Shown here piece after piece: positions 51,590-64,000 of a stretch of 64,000 nucleotides of DNA. The DNA lies in assembly GCA_032718475.1 (NCBI GenBank), contig JAUCBJ010008890.1:1-64000 (forward strand), read 5' to 3'. Position 1 is the stretch's first letter. Each line of letters starts with the position of its first letter. A program made the translations under genes and the position numbers. Source of the DNA: Nemertoderma westbladi (taxonomy: Eukaryota > Animalia > Xenacoelomorpha). Under the pieces are notes generated by a model. That model made no database searches, was not told the origin of the DNA, and worked only from the letters and a program-made list of their open reading frames with translations.

Positions 51590-52200
51590 GTTGTTTTGGT
51601 TAGAAAATCTCGCCTCATCTGTAACCTGCTCCTTTGCCTGATTTGGTAAAGTGACCGATTATTGTTTTGGTTAGAAAGGCCCGCCTCTGTAACCTGCTCC
51701 TTTCCTTCATTTTGTAAAGTGACTGTTTATTGTTTTGGTTAGAAAATCCCGCCTCTGTAACCTGCCCCTTTCCCTCAATTAATTAAGTGATCGTTTATTG
51801 TTTTGGTTAGGTAAATCCCGCCTCTGTAACCTGCTCCTTTCTCCCAATTGGTAATGTTATCGTTTATTGTTTTGGTTAGAAAATCCCGTCTCTGTAACCT
51901 GCTCCTTTCCCTGATTTGGTAAAGTGACTGTTTATTGTTTTGGTTAGAAAATCCCGCCTCTGTAACCTGCTCCTTTCTCTCAATTTGTAATGTTATCGTT
52001 TATTGTTTTGGTTAGAAAATCCCGTCTCTGTAACCTGCTCCTTTCCCTCAATTAGTTAAATGATCGTTTATTGTTTTGGTTAGAAAATCTCGCCTCTGTA
52101 ACCTGCTCCTTTCCCTGATTTGGTAAAGTGAATGTTTATTGTTTTGGTTAGAAAATCCGGCCTTAACCTGCTCCTTTCCATTAATTGGTAATTGTTTTTG
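51590..52200. repeat. 68-bp tandem repeat (about 9 copies), same family as 4664-5040
   Basis: tgtaacctgc at 51620, 51688, 51756, 51825, 51893, 51961, 52029 and 52097. Confidence 0.92.
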
Positions 52201-52482
52201 GCTATAAAATGAGTGTTTTGCTACGTCATGTGGTAATCGATTATCGACAACAACCACAAACTATTAAATTTAGAGTCTTTTTACCACAGGCGCATATGGA
52301 ATTCTATCTCATAGTCTATAAATCATGGAGTCATGGAATGTTTTGGCACAGGCATAGTGAAACCAACTGTCCGACAGACCAGAAATCAACAAATTTTGAA
52401 TGTTTTGGCACAGGCATGTTGAAATTAACTGTCTGACAGTCCAGAAATCAGCAGTCTGACAGTTTGAAGAAATACATACATA

Positions 52483-52555
52483 AAAAGTCATTAAAAGGAC
52501 AACAAAAGTCATTAAAAGGACAACAAAAGTCATTAAAAGGACAACAAAAGTCATT
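52483..52555. repeat. 21-bp minisatellite (about 3.5 copies)
   Basis: aaaagtcattaaaaggacaac repeated. Confidence 0.85.
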
Positions 52556-52640
52556 ATGCACAATTCGTAAAAAATGGAGGACAAAAAAAGTCAAATAAAA
52601 GGACATAAAAAGTCACTGCCTTTAAATTTTACGGGTAACA

Positions 52641-53309
52641 GACCGAACGTAATCAGGATCGAATGTAACATAGTTTTTACGAATCGAACGTACAGTAACC
52701 TCAATTATGTTACATTGGATCCTATGTTACATTCGATCTACAAATTACTAAGCTCGAATGTAACATATACATTTATTTTAGTTGTGTTTGGATTTCAGGA
52801 GTTCACCGATAAATGCTTCGTTTATTTACAGGAAGAAACAGTTTGGTGTTGGTGAGTACAAAACAAAGACCCAAGACCCAATTAAGTAACCTGCATATTC
52901 TTGTAACATGTGTTAACTTTCGTTTATTGTTTTGGTTCCCCCAACACGCCTCTGTAACCTGCTCCTTTCAGCCTTTAAATAAAAGTAACCTGCATATTCT
53001 TGTAACATGTGTTAACTTTCGTTTATTGTTTTGGTTCCCCCAACACGCCTCTGTAACCTGCTCCTTTCAGCCTTTAAATAAAAGTAACCTGCATATTCTT
53101 GTAACATGTGTGAACTTTCGTTTATTGTTTTGGTTCCCCCAGCACGCCTCTGTAACCTGCTCCTTTAAATCTGTAAATGGCAATGTTACATTCGAGCTTA
53201 GTAATTTGTAGATCGAATGTAACATAGTTATAGGATCCAATGTAACATAATTGCGGTCACGTTCGATACGTAATAACTATGTTACATTCGATCCTGATTA
53301 CGTTCGGTC
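52641..53309. mobile_element. foldback/MITE-like element with ~125-bp TIRs enclosing about 3 copies of a 99-bp repeat
   Basis: 52641-52766 is approximately the reverse complement of 53183-53309; internal 99-bp units at 52883-53167; no TSD identified. Confidence 0.75.
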
Positions 53310-54615
53310 ATGAGGTTACAGAGCCAGGCTTTTCTCTCCAAAACAATAAACGATTATAGATGATCTTTGTTAACAATAGGCTGATATGCCTACAGGCTAC
53401 AGGCTGACAGGAAAAGAGCTATGGTTACTAAGGCATAAGGCGGGCTTTTCTAACTGCTAACCAAAACAATAATACGTAATGTAATACACGATATCGTTAC
53501 CTAGTGACTGTCAAGGCGTACTACAGTATGCCATGCCATCGAGTTAACTGGGGGGCGGTGACTGGGGGCAAGATTTTTTTTACAACAATTTGATATTTTG
53601 ATATGGGGAGAGTTCTATAAATTTTCATTTACTGCAATTTGGTCAATGGACGTAATTGAAGCATCCTCGTTAAGTAAGATAACAATTTTTATGGTAGCTA
53701 GTGTTTTAGATAGGTTTAGCTAGTAATTTCGACACTGGTTCCGACATCCTACTTCCCTCTATAAATATTTTGTAGTAGCTAGTTCTTTTTACTATTTGTA
53801 TAGAAAATGTTCCAGAACATGTTAGCTTTTACCGCAAGGTCTGTATGTATATTCCAAGTATTTTGCATAGTGCATATCATTCGTATTATATTATAAAATA
53901 TTATATTTTTTTGCGCCAAATTTATTTACTGTGTAATTTTTTGTATTTTCATTAAAAAATTAGGGGACTGTACACGAATCCGGTTGTTGAATTATCAATT
54001 TCTATTCATAATAGGGAAATTTGCGGCGCATTGAATTTAAGAACCACCTTAATGGCCCTTTACTTATACACTGAACGGTAAACGGTAACCATGGCTACCG
54101 TTTTGCTTCATAATGAACAGTTAACTACAATGTCAGCTTACTGTTGTTGGTTCTATTTGCACACTGCGATTCCTCGCCCTGTGATTGGTTAAATGCTTCA
54201 ATTGGATTCATTATTGGTTTACCAGTATTTATGGCTGAGTTTATATAACATAATTGTTGTAGATGATTTTTGGACTAACGGTATATTATTTAGTTCCCAG
54301 GCAAGTACCACTCCTCAAAGTGGCTACTACTTCTTACCAGTTTATTTATCACGGTTTATCTATCAATATTGCAACTACTGTAACATTAAAATATAGGCCC
54401 TACAGTTTTATTGTTCTAAGCATTATTAACTCTTGTTTTATTGGTACTAAACTGAAAACTGAAACTGCGTATAAAGACAATGTATCCACTAACGAACTAA
54501 TCCCCTGCATAAGTTGACACTTCCCGCAACACTTAGTAAAGGAGCCCGGATTACACCCGGAATTGTGTATAGTAAGAAATAGTTGAATGCGGATAAGTGT
54601 TCAATTTTCTCAGCG

Positions 54616-55423
54616 CGGTTTCTCAACGCTGTTTCTCATCGCTGTTTCTCATCGCTGTTTCTCAACATTGTTTCTCAACGCTGTTTCTCATCGCTGTTTC
54701 TCAACGCTGTTTCTCAACGCTGTTTCTCAACGCTGTTTCTCATCGCTGTTTCTCAACGCTGTTTCTCATCGCTGTTTCTCAACGCTGTTTCTCAACGCTG
54801 TTTCTCATCGCTGTTTCTCAACATTGTTTCTCAACGCTGTTTCTCATCGCTGTTTCTCATCGCTGTTTCTCATCGCTGTTTCTCATCGCTGTTTCTCATC
54901 GCTGTTTCCCATCGCTGTTTCTCATCGCTGTTTCTCAACGCTGTTTCTCAATGCTGTTTCTCATCGCTGTTTCTCAACATTGTTTCTCAACGCTGTTTCT
55001 CATCGCTGTTTCTCATCGCTGTTTCTCATCACTGTTTCTCATCGCTGTTTCTCAACGCTGTTTCTCAACGCTGTTTCTCAACGCTGTTTCTCAACGCTGT
55101 TTCTCAACGCTGTTTCTCAACGCTGTTTCTCAACGCTGTTTCTCATCGCTGTTTCTCAACGCTGTTTCTCATCGCTGTTTCCCAACGCTGTTTCTCAACG
55201 CTGTTTCTCATCGCTGTTTCTCAACATTGTTTCTCAACGCTGTTTCTCATCGCTGTTTCTCATCGCTGTTTCTCATCGCTGTTTCTCATCGCTGTTTCTC
55301 ATCGCTGTTTCTCATCGCTGTTTCTCAACGCTGTTTCTCATCGCTGTTTCTCATCGCTGTTTCTCAACGCTGTTTCTCAACGCTGTTTCTCATCGCTGTT
55401 TCTCAACGCTGTTTCTCAACGCT
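54616..55423. repeat. 13-bp minisatellite CGCTGTTTCTCA(A/T), about 62 copies
   Basis: Direct reading of the sequence. Confidence 0.97.
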
Positions 55424-56468
55424 TAACTCTTCCTCAAACTCGTTCTGTTTCGAAAGTCATCTACAAACTGAGACGAAAAGGAAACTGGCTAAGTATCACC
55501 TTATGCTATTGATTGTGGTGCAATCGGTACTGTAGACTGTATTTTTGCTTCATTTTCCTAGCCTCTCAAGCGTTTAGTCCTACCTTCTCATTCCTTGTTC
55601 GGTGGTCTCAAATCACTACGAACCGGTCTCGGGGACCGGAGATCTGATTGGGCTAGGACTCCTTTTGGGCCAGATTGGTCTGCACGAGGATATTACATTC
55701 CACGCGATCGCCGGAGGGTAAGAAGGTACCGCTACGATTATCCTGATTTACTACGTGTTTACTAGTAAACCAGGACCTTTTTAGGACCGGGGTAAGGTCT
55801 GAATCCCGTAAAGTATAATTTGCAACTTTTTATGATCTTAATTTTCTTTTTGAAAGTTAGGTATATAATTTATATTCTGACTCTTTTTCCATTGTAGGAG
55901 GCACCACCGACAACAATAGATTAGTTTTAATGCTAATGCTATATTTCCATTTCTATGTAATATTACACACATTGTATAGCTAAGTCTAGGCAACATTCAG
56001 GTTTAGCTAGCCAGACAATTTATTATCTAAATATTGTCTCTAATTGCCCTATTCCCCCTATTGATAACATAAGTGATATGCATTTGTGGCGTATCACTGA
56101 CAAATTTATTACATTTAATTGAATTTAATATTTACTTAAGTTATTTTTTCAGATTGCCAGTCAAGAGGGTAACTTAAGTTTATACAAATAAATACTTTAA
56201 AAAAAAATCCGTGTAAAAATCTGAAAAATTTAATTAAATTAATTGATTTTGGCAGACCTACGAAATATTTATAATCGCTAACAAATAATGTACACTATTC
56301 ACAGTCCCCTGGTTCAGTGGTTGCTAGAGAGGAGACAACCAACCTCGATACCACCACGACGATAGTGACTACAGCACAGCTGATATTGAACCACCACTGT
56401 TAACCACCATAACCTTAGACAACAACCAACTTTCTCACGGAAGCGAGAAGTCTGGCTCAAGGGTCGCT

Positions 56469-59160
56469 TTGAGCCAGAGACACTACTCGCAGCGCTCACT
56501 ACGCCGAGAGAATGCCGACCCTGGTGCGAATGCCGTCGGCGCACGAAGGAAATCATACCGCCAACGCCAATCTGACGACGTCCCAGCAAGGAAGGTCGAC
56601 ATCCAGACTATCAATCGTGGACTGGGCCAACTATACCACAATATGGAAGCTGGTATATCGGAGCTGGAATCGGTCGCTATGACAACTCAACAAGGTCAGT
56701 GTACTGTAGATATGAGGCGAAAAGTCGATAGGCTTGCCAGCAGATGGATTCAGATTATAGATCAATACCGCCATCAGTCTCAGTATTTTGAGACCCAGGG
56801 TGGCTCTGTCGATGAATATCAACGAGCTCAGAAAAGGTATGTACAGTGTAAGGATAGATATACTATATTTTCAGAATGAGTAAGCACTAAGTTGGAACCA
56901 ATTACATCCCGAGTAAGTACCCAAACAACCTCAGCCGTAAGTACACCCATTGCTTCTTTAGCCTGGGATAGTTACCCTATTCCGTTTGCAACAGATTCTA
57001 GTCAGCACGTGAATCGCACACTTACGCCAATTGTAGCCAGCCCAGACCTAGACAGACCTACACTAAATTTACCAATTAGGCCCAATAGTGTAGGTAGGTG
57101 TTCTATAGCAGGGTCGGAGGCATCTGACGCTGGATCCACAGTGTCATCTCGAATGAGACGCATAGCCGAGGCTAACCTCTCTGTTTTATCTAAGCGACAT
57201 GACGAGGAGGACATGATGATGGCTCAACAGATTGAACGGGAATGGGTTCTGGTCGAGAATAAACTTGCAACTGCGCAAGCTAGTGCTCGAATGGAAGCAG
57301 CCAAGAGGCAGGTTGAAGAGGCTAAGGAAGCTGCGAAACTACAAGAGGAAGAAGCCAAGGAAGCAGCAAGGCGACAGATGGAAGAAGCCTCGCAGACAGC
57401 CAAGTGGCAGGTGTTCCAGCGTATAAGACATTTTGAAGACCAAAAGGATCTCCAACATGCTCGACACCAGCGCCAGTTAGAAGAATATAGGCAGCAAGTA
57501 GAGCAAGCCATCAAGACTGACACTGTTGTGGATATAGCGCCCCTGGCTTTACCTTCTATGCAATCCACTCCTACTGAATCCATATTCTGGAGTGATGCCC
57601 CCAGACCATTCGCCAATGGACCTGTTACAGCTATCACAGAAATAGCAGACCCTGTAGAAGTAGCAGACCCTGTAGAAGTAGCAGACCCTGTAGAAGTTGT
57701 AGTACCCCCGACTTCGACAATGACAACAATTACAACACCTCACACCACACGTACATAATCATCACTAATACGTAATAAGTTAACCTTTAACTCAGTGCCT
57801 CATATGATTAGAACTGATACAGAGGAAGATAATGATGATGAGCTGTCAGAGAATGAAGGTGTTAGACAACTTCCACCACGTATTGCAGACCCACAAAAGA
57901 CAAAAATTTTCCGTAAAGGAAAAGGGATATACAGAACAGACTCCCAAAAGTGTAATTTGTCTACTATTCCAGAGAACCGCCTTGTGACTCATCAGCCACT
58001 TGAGGAGGTTGTATCACATGTGACGCAATCTATTAACAAATTATCTCAGCATATGATGACACCCATGATGGCAACCCAGCAGCCGCTCGAACATAAACAA
58101 TTTACAAGTGTTTCTCATCCACCTCACAGCCATCCTAAACCCGGAAGCACAATGACGTCACGTATTGATGATTCAATGACGTCACCACAGCGCAGTACAC
58201 AACAGTTACCTGTTAATAAGAAACATAATGTACAGTATCAATCCCTAAAGACAGCGGAGCGACATACAATAGGCCTTGTGTGGCCAGTGCGTATAGACTT
58301 CACGACATACCATACACACAGTTTGAAATTGAACCCACTGTACTACTCCATCACGACACCCTGAACAATTTAAAGTGCCGCCAGGACCGCGAGGCGAAGC
58401 ATTTTATGCACAAATTGCTTTTTTGCGTACTGTCGGCTCAATAAGTAGTAGTACAATAAGTACATACAGTAGTACAATCAGTAGATCAGCCTAATCGGGG
58501 TAAGTCCAGAAAATCTAACTCCAGGCGACATACTACTGAGAATGCATGTGTACCGCAGGATGCATATGGAGGTATAGTCACAGACAACCCGGAATGCATA
58601 GGAAACTCTGGCCCAGATGTTGACTTAGCCCCGTACAGACATTCCATACCTCATGGTGACCCTGACCCAGACCATGATAGACATACAGATGACGATGATA
58701 ATTCTTCTGACAATAGTAGTGAGGACTTAAAGTGTAGTCATAGCAACGTAAAAAATAGTTCATCGAAGTCTACCAAATGTCGACGACCGCTACAAAAATG
58801 TAACCATACTACAGCAAACCAACAGCATAGCATGCCTTGTTCGAAAAATTAGCGCTGTCATTAGAGGCCCCAAAATTAGATCCAACACCTTTTACCGGAG
58901 ACCCAAAGAAATTTTTATGATTTAAAAAAAGGTTTCGTACGCAGATTGATGCTAAGCAGGTTCCAGATGAGGTAAAACTTCGATATTTAATAACATATGT
59001 TATAGGAGAACCTTTCGATTTAATCGAACACTTTGAAGGCATGACTGACGGGTGTGCTATATGGCATGGAACACATTAGAAAGACGATATGGACAACCAG
59101 CATTGGTAATGAAAGCAGTTGTTGCTGACGTCACTCAATGCCGTAGCTTCCCCTAAAGAA
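56469..59160 (+). pseudogene. decayed BEL/Pao gag region
   Basis: Broken ORFs with a Ser-rich segment and coiled coil, then KLDPTPFTGDPKKF*FKKRF...PDEVKLRYL (DUF1759-like) at ~58870-59040; several stops. Confidence 0.7.
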
Positions 59161-59167
59161 CTACTTC

Positions 59168-62090
59168 ATAATAATAATAATAATAATAATATTTATAAAG
59201 CGCCTTTCTAAGCACTATTTCAAGGCGCTGTGTAGTGTATGTGTTGGTATGTACTGCGTGTACGTAGGTATTTTCTATAAAAACTGGCTAAAAAACACTA
59301 AAAACATAGTAAAAAACACAATGAAGTAAAAAGTTAGAACTATTTTAAAAAATTGCTTCAGCAATATTCCTGTACATAATAGTGAGTTTTCAGTTTTTCT
59401 TTAAAAATACCAAGGGTACTGGCCAGGCGTATGTCTTTAGGTAAGGAATTCCAAATGCGAGGTGCCGCAACAGAGAACGCGCGCCTTCCATAGCTCTCAA
59501 GGTTGTATCGGGGTACAACCAATAATCCCTCACCGCCCGAACGTAAATCCCTCCCGGGTGTATATCGCTAGAGCAGTTCGCAGAGATAGCCCGGCGCGGT
59601 ACCGTTCTAGCACTTGTATGACAACATAGCTAATTTATATTCAATACGCCTATTAATTGGGAGCCAGTGGAGGTGTTTCAGTACTGGGGTTATGTGCTCG
59701 CGCTTTCTAATACCTTCTAACATTCGCGCTGGCGCTGCTGAGTTCTGCACATATTGTAATTTCTTAATGTATTTATCAGGTAAACCATAGTAGAGTGAAT
59801 TATTGTTGTCCAATTTATTTGTTATAAATGCATGTATTAATATTTCCAATTCACATCTAGATAAATATCGCTTTATTTTAGAAAGGTTGTGTACTGTAGA
59901 TGGAAGAAGGCGTCTCTAACTACGGTTAGATATCTGATTTTTTAATGTTAGGTGAGAGTCAACGAGGAAGCCAATGTTACGCGTTTTATCAGTACATGAT
60001 ATACTATCATTTTCAATTTGTACGCTAAGGGGACCTGCTTGCTGTCCAAAACGTGACTGTAAGAGGAGGACTTCGGTTTTTTCAGAGTTCATTTTTAACA
60101 TATGATCTTTCATCCATTTTTTATGTCGCTGAGACAATTAATCGGTTTACACGAAATATAAAGCTGTGTGTCATCAGCGTATAAATGATATGAAAGACCA
60201 TGTTTTCTAATGACCTTGGATAGCGAGCGGGTGTATATTGAGAACAATAATGGACCAAGCACGGAACCCTGGGGGAGCCCATACATTAGCTTCTGGCACT
60301 CAGAATAGGTGTTCCCGACTTTAACCTGTTGTGTTCGTCCGTATAGATATGATACAAACCAATCTAACGCAGCTCCTCTAATACCAATATCGTTTTCCAA
60401 AAGTTCTAGTAGTTTACTATATTCCACAGTATCAAAGGCTGCGCTTAAATCTAATAAAATTAAAAGAACAGCTGAGCCTCCATCGATATCACACATTATA
60501 TCATTGTTCACCTTTAACAATGCAGTCTCGGTACCATAATACCGCCTATAGGCGCTCTGCATCGGGTCGTAGATACCATTTAAATTCATGTGAGTGATTA
60601 ACTGCTGTGCAACAACCTTCTCAGTTAACTTTGATATGTATAGTAAGTTTGATACAGGTCTAAAGTTCTTTAAGATCTCCGGATCCAAGCGGGCCTTCTT
60701 TAAGATTGGTGTAAGTATTGCCTCCTTAAATAGGGTTGGTACCGTTGCCGTTTTAATAATAAATTTATAATCACCGTAATTATTGGTAATAACAGTTTAA
60801 GTGATAGCTTGACAACTCTTGTTGGTAATGGGTCGCGTGGACTTGTCTTAGACTTTGATTCTTTTATAAGAGTTTCTGTTTCATCCATTGTTACCTCCTG
60901 AAAGTCTGTAAGTAATGAATTCGGAGTGTTACCCGTGGCAGCCAATGATGCAGCTGGGTTGCCCGTAGCAACGGATGACGGCGGGAGGTTGTCCGTAGCA
61001 ACTGATGACGGCGGGAGGTTGTCCGTAGCAACCGATGACAGAGGGAGGGTGTCCGTAGCAACCGATGACGAGGCTGGGTTGCCCGTAGCAACCGATGACG
61101 CAGCTGGGTTGCCCGTAGCAACCGATGACGCAGCTGGGTTGCGCGTAGCAACCGGTGACGCAGCTGGGTTGCCCGTAGCAACGGATGACGGCGGGAGGTT
61201 GTCCGTAGCAACCGGTGACGCAGCTGGGTTGCCCGTAGCAACGGATGACGGCGGGAGGTTGTCCGTAGCAACCGATGACGGAGGGAGGTTGTCCGTAGCA
61301 AACGCTGACGGAGGGAGGGTGTCCGTAGCAACCGATGACAGAGGGAGGGTGTCCGTAGCAACCGATGACGAGGCTGGGTTGCCCGTAGCAACCGATGACG
61401 CAGCTGGGTTGCCCGTAGCAACCGATGACGCAGCTGGGTTGCGCGTAGCAACCGGTGACGCAGCTGGGTTGCCCGTAGCAACGGATGACGGCGGGAGGTT
61501 GTCCGTAGCAACCGGTGACGCAGCTGGGTTGCCCGTAGCAACGGATGACGGCGGGAGGTTGTCCGTAGCAACCGATGACGGAGGGAGGTTGTCCGTAGCA
61601 AACGCTGACGGAGGGAGGGTGTCCGTAGCAACCGATGACGCAGCTGGGTTGCCCGTAGCAACCGATGACGCAGCTGGGTTGCCCGTAGCAACCGATGACG
61701 CAGCTGGGTTGCCCGTAGCAACGGATGACGGCGGGAGGTTGTCCGTAGCAACTGATGACGGCGGGAGGTTGTCCGTAGCAACCGATGACGGAGGAAGGTT
61801 GTCCGTAGCAACCGATGACAGAGGGAGGGTGTCCGTAGCAACCGATGACGCAGCTGGGTTGCCCGTAGCAACCGATGACGCAGCTGGGTTGCCCGTAGCA
61901 ACCGATGACGCAGCTGGGTTGCTCGTAGCAACCGATGACGCAGCTGGGTTGCCCGTAGCAACCGATGACGCGGCTGGGTTGACCGTAGCAACCGATGACG
62001 CAGCTGAGTTGCCCGCAGTGACTGATGAAGCTGTAGATTACTTAAGTACTCTCACGATGTAAGACGCACAATGGATATTTTACAAACCCT
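59168..62090 (-). mobile_element. decayed L2/CR1-group LINE inserted in the BEL element
   Basis: (TTA)n tail preceded by GCGCTTTATAAAT; NFRPVSNL, LDLSAAFDTV, GLPQGSVLGPLLF, YADDTQLY and HITPVLKHLHWLP motifs; frameshifts; 5' limit uncertain. Confidence 0.9.
60926..62030. repeat. 30-bp GC-rich minisatellite (about 37 copies)
   Basis: gcccgtagcaaccgatgacgcagctgggtt and variants. Confidence 0.96.
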
Positions 62091-62219
62091 ACAGTGTCAT
62101 TACTATTTAAATAATCCTGAATTTATTCAGAATATAGCGGCAAATTTATCAATCCATTACGAATACGTTGGGCTAGGCAGGTAAATAAATTTAGGATTAG
62201 GTGTGGCCGTGACCCCGGA

Positions 62220-63200
62220 ATGGATGAGAAATGTCGCCATGTGTATTTTGCCAAAAAATTCACTTTACTGCTCAGTGCACTCAACTACAGGATAATGGTA
62301 GCCGCGCGTGTTATGATTTCGTGGCTGAACATAAGTTATGTACGTTATGTCTCCGGAAAGGGCATTGGCGGAAAAAGCTTCCTATTTAAACCATCACGAA
62401 AATCCCATGCCTTGACCAAACGTGGCTGTCTTGTTTGCTTAGCGTCTATATATGATCCATTTAGGACTCCTGGCTCCCATTATTCTACAGGGAAAACATT
62501 TCCTTCAGAAACTATAGGGACTAAAATTGAACTGGGACAATTTGTTCTAGAACAATCGTTAGCATCTGAATGGCTACAGTGGTACAATCAACTAGATCAG
62601 CTTGAAAATCTTCAGATCCCACGCCATTATTTTGCAATACCATTTCGACTGATACTGATGTGTTACAATTACATCACTTTTGCGATGCCAGTTTAACCGG
62701 ATATGGTTGTTTATCATACATACGTAAAGTGTCACCCTCAGGCCACATAACTTGTTCCATGGTGTATGCAAAGACACGTACTGCACCTCTAAAGAAGGTT
62801 TCCATTCGAAGACTTGAATTGCAGTCAGCCGTTTTACTCGTACGTAGTCATAGGCAGTTTGCTGCGAGCATCACCCTGCAGATTCATTCAAACAATGTAA
62901 TATGTTGGAGTGACAGCACAAGCGTTTTGTGTCAGATCGCTAATGAGTCTCGGAGATTCGAAACATACGAAGCCAACCGAATTGAAGAAATTCGACGCTA
63001 CACAGCTCCCTCTCAATGGCGTCATATTCCTGGTACGAAGAATCCAGCAGACATCGCCAGCCGTGGGGCCGAGCCATTAGATTTTGTTACCAAATACCAG
63101 GATTGTTGGTACGGCGGCCAACAATTTTTAAGACAGCCTGAATCGCAGTGGGGCTCTTCTCTAACTCAAACCAATCCAATGAAGGACGCATAAATTCCCC
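62220..63200 (+). pseudogene. BEL/Pao pol fragment (RT end and RNase H)
   Basis: LASIYDP, LHHFCDASLTGYG, AKTRTAPLKKVSIRRLELQSA, WSDS and WRHIPGTKNPADIASRG motifs. Confidence 0.9.
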
Positions 63201-63213
63201 CTGAGGCTGGTTT

Positions 63214-63557
63214 ACTACTACTACTAGGTCGAGCGAACTCGGACAATGGAAATGAGATCCTTCCAGGCTTCCCGATTCTCCATAGTTGTCGCAATTCCGT
63301 TTCTCCCAAGTTCAGTATCCCTTTCAAGTTGATCTATATATGCTATGGCTGGTCGTACACGACTACGCTTCCCATGAGTTTTGTGCCAGAAAAGTAGATC
63401 TGGTATGACCTCGTCTTTACTTCGCCAGCAGTGCCCACTGAATCTTAATCTGCGTTCACGGATGGTGGTTGATACAGGTGGTATTGTACCATAAAGCTCG
63501 GCGTTTGTCATGTGTTGTCTCCAGCTGATGTTTATGGCTGCCCTTAGTAGTCTTGTG
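63214..63557 (-). mobile_element. RTE LINE 3' fragment with (TAG)n tail
   Basis: YTRLLRAAINISWRQHMTN...RRLRFSGHCWR; tactactacta tail at 63214. Confidence 0.88.
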
Positions 63558-63598
<41 letters not shown>

Positions 63599-64000
63599 AC
63601 TAGGATCGGCATGCTGCATTGCAGCTGCATTTTTAAGATTGCTGTGCCGGCTTGTCAACAAAATTGCGCCGCCACAACTCCCTATCACCCATGACATTTG
63701 CTAGATCATCCGCATCTTCAAGGCCAGTGTCCTTTAAGATGCGTCTAAGAAATTCATGGGCTGTCCACCATGCTTATTAACTCCATGAGGCTTCCAAAGT
63801 ACAAGATTATGCACTGGCTGGTCCTCACGGCGAAAGCAATGTCCTGCAAAGCGGAGGCGATTTTGTTCTGGTGTCAAGCTTGGGGGAACCAATGAGACAC
63901 CTCCAATGTTATATAGTGTATGTTTGGAGATGTGTGCATTGTACTTGACACAATGAACCCGGCAAAGTATTCTTGTGAATGTGCCATCCAGAGATTTGGT
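63558..64000 (-). mobile_element. RTE LINE 3' end, same family as 18384-19347, with long (TAG)n tail; runs off the window
   Basis: 63604-64000 aligns closely by eye with 18390-18790; (tac)n at 63558-63598. Confidence 0.92.

Noticed and set aside
54583-55535. Three overlapping ORFs of 279-312 aa
   Set aside because: Translations of the 13-bp minisatellite.
55590-56290. Candidate BEL 5' LTR
   Set aside because: No second copy in the window and no convincing PBS, so boundaries cannot be supported.
60891-62062. Arg-rich (-) and VATDD-repeat (+) ORFs
   Set aside because: Alternative frames of the 30-bp repeat; no evidence of an independent gene.

Overview
Repeat-rich animal (metazoan) genomic DNA, not prokaryotic. 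The main host locus is the 5' part of a PRPF8/Prp8 gene on the minus strand. Its four exons splice in frame by hand into 193 codons: 50889-50787, 50407-50272, 24576-24379 and 23455-23314. Introns 2, 3 and 4 each begin with a tandem array whose unit is the last 22-47 nt of the upstream exon plus that exon's own 5' splice site (52 bp x ~400 over ~21 kb, 66 bp x 12, 39-51 bp x ~55). Read-through past any true donor hits an in-frame stop within 4 codons. The many long plus-strand ORFs between 21 and 50 kb are artefacts of these arrays. Also present: an intronless GIGYF gene (11492-15409, +), a young Ty1/copia element, a LINE with intact ORF2 inserted in the large array, a tRNA-derived SINE with TSD, a TTAA piggyBac-like element in a nested RTE stack, several long-TIR foldback elements, a decayed BEL/Pao element interrupted by an L2/CR1-like LINE, and several minisatellites. 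All calls and copy numbers were made by eye, without database searches.
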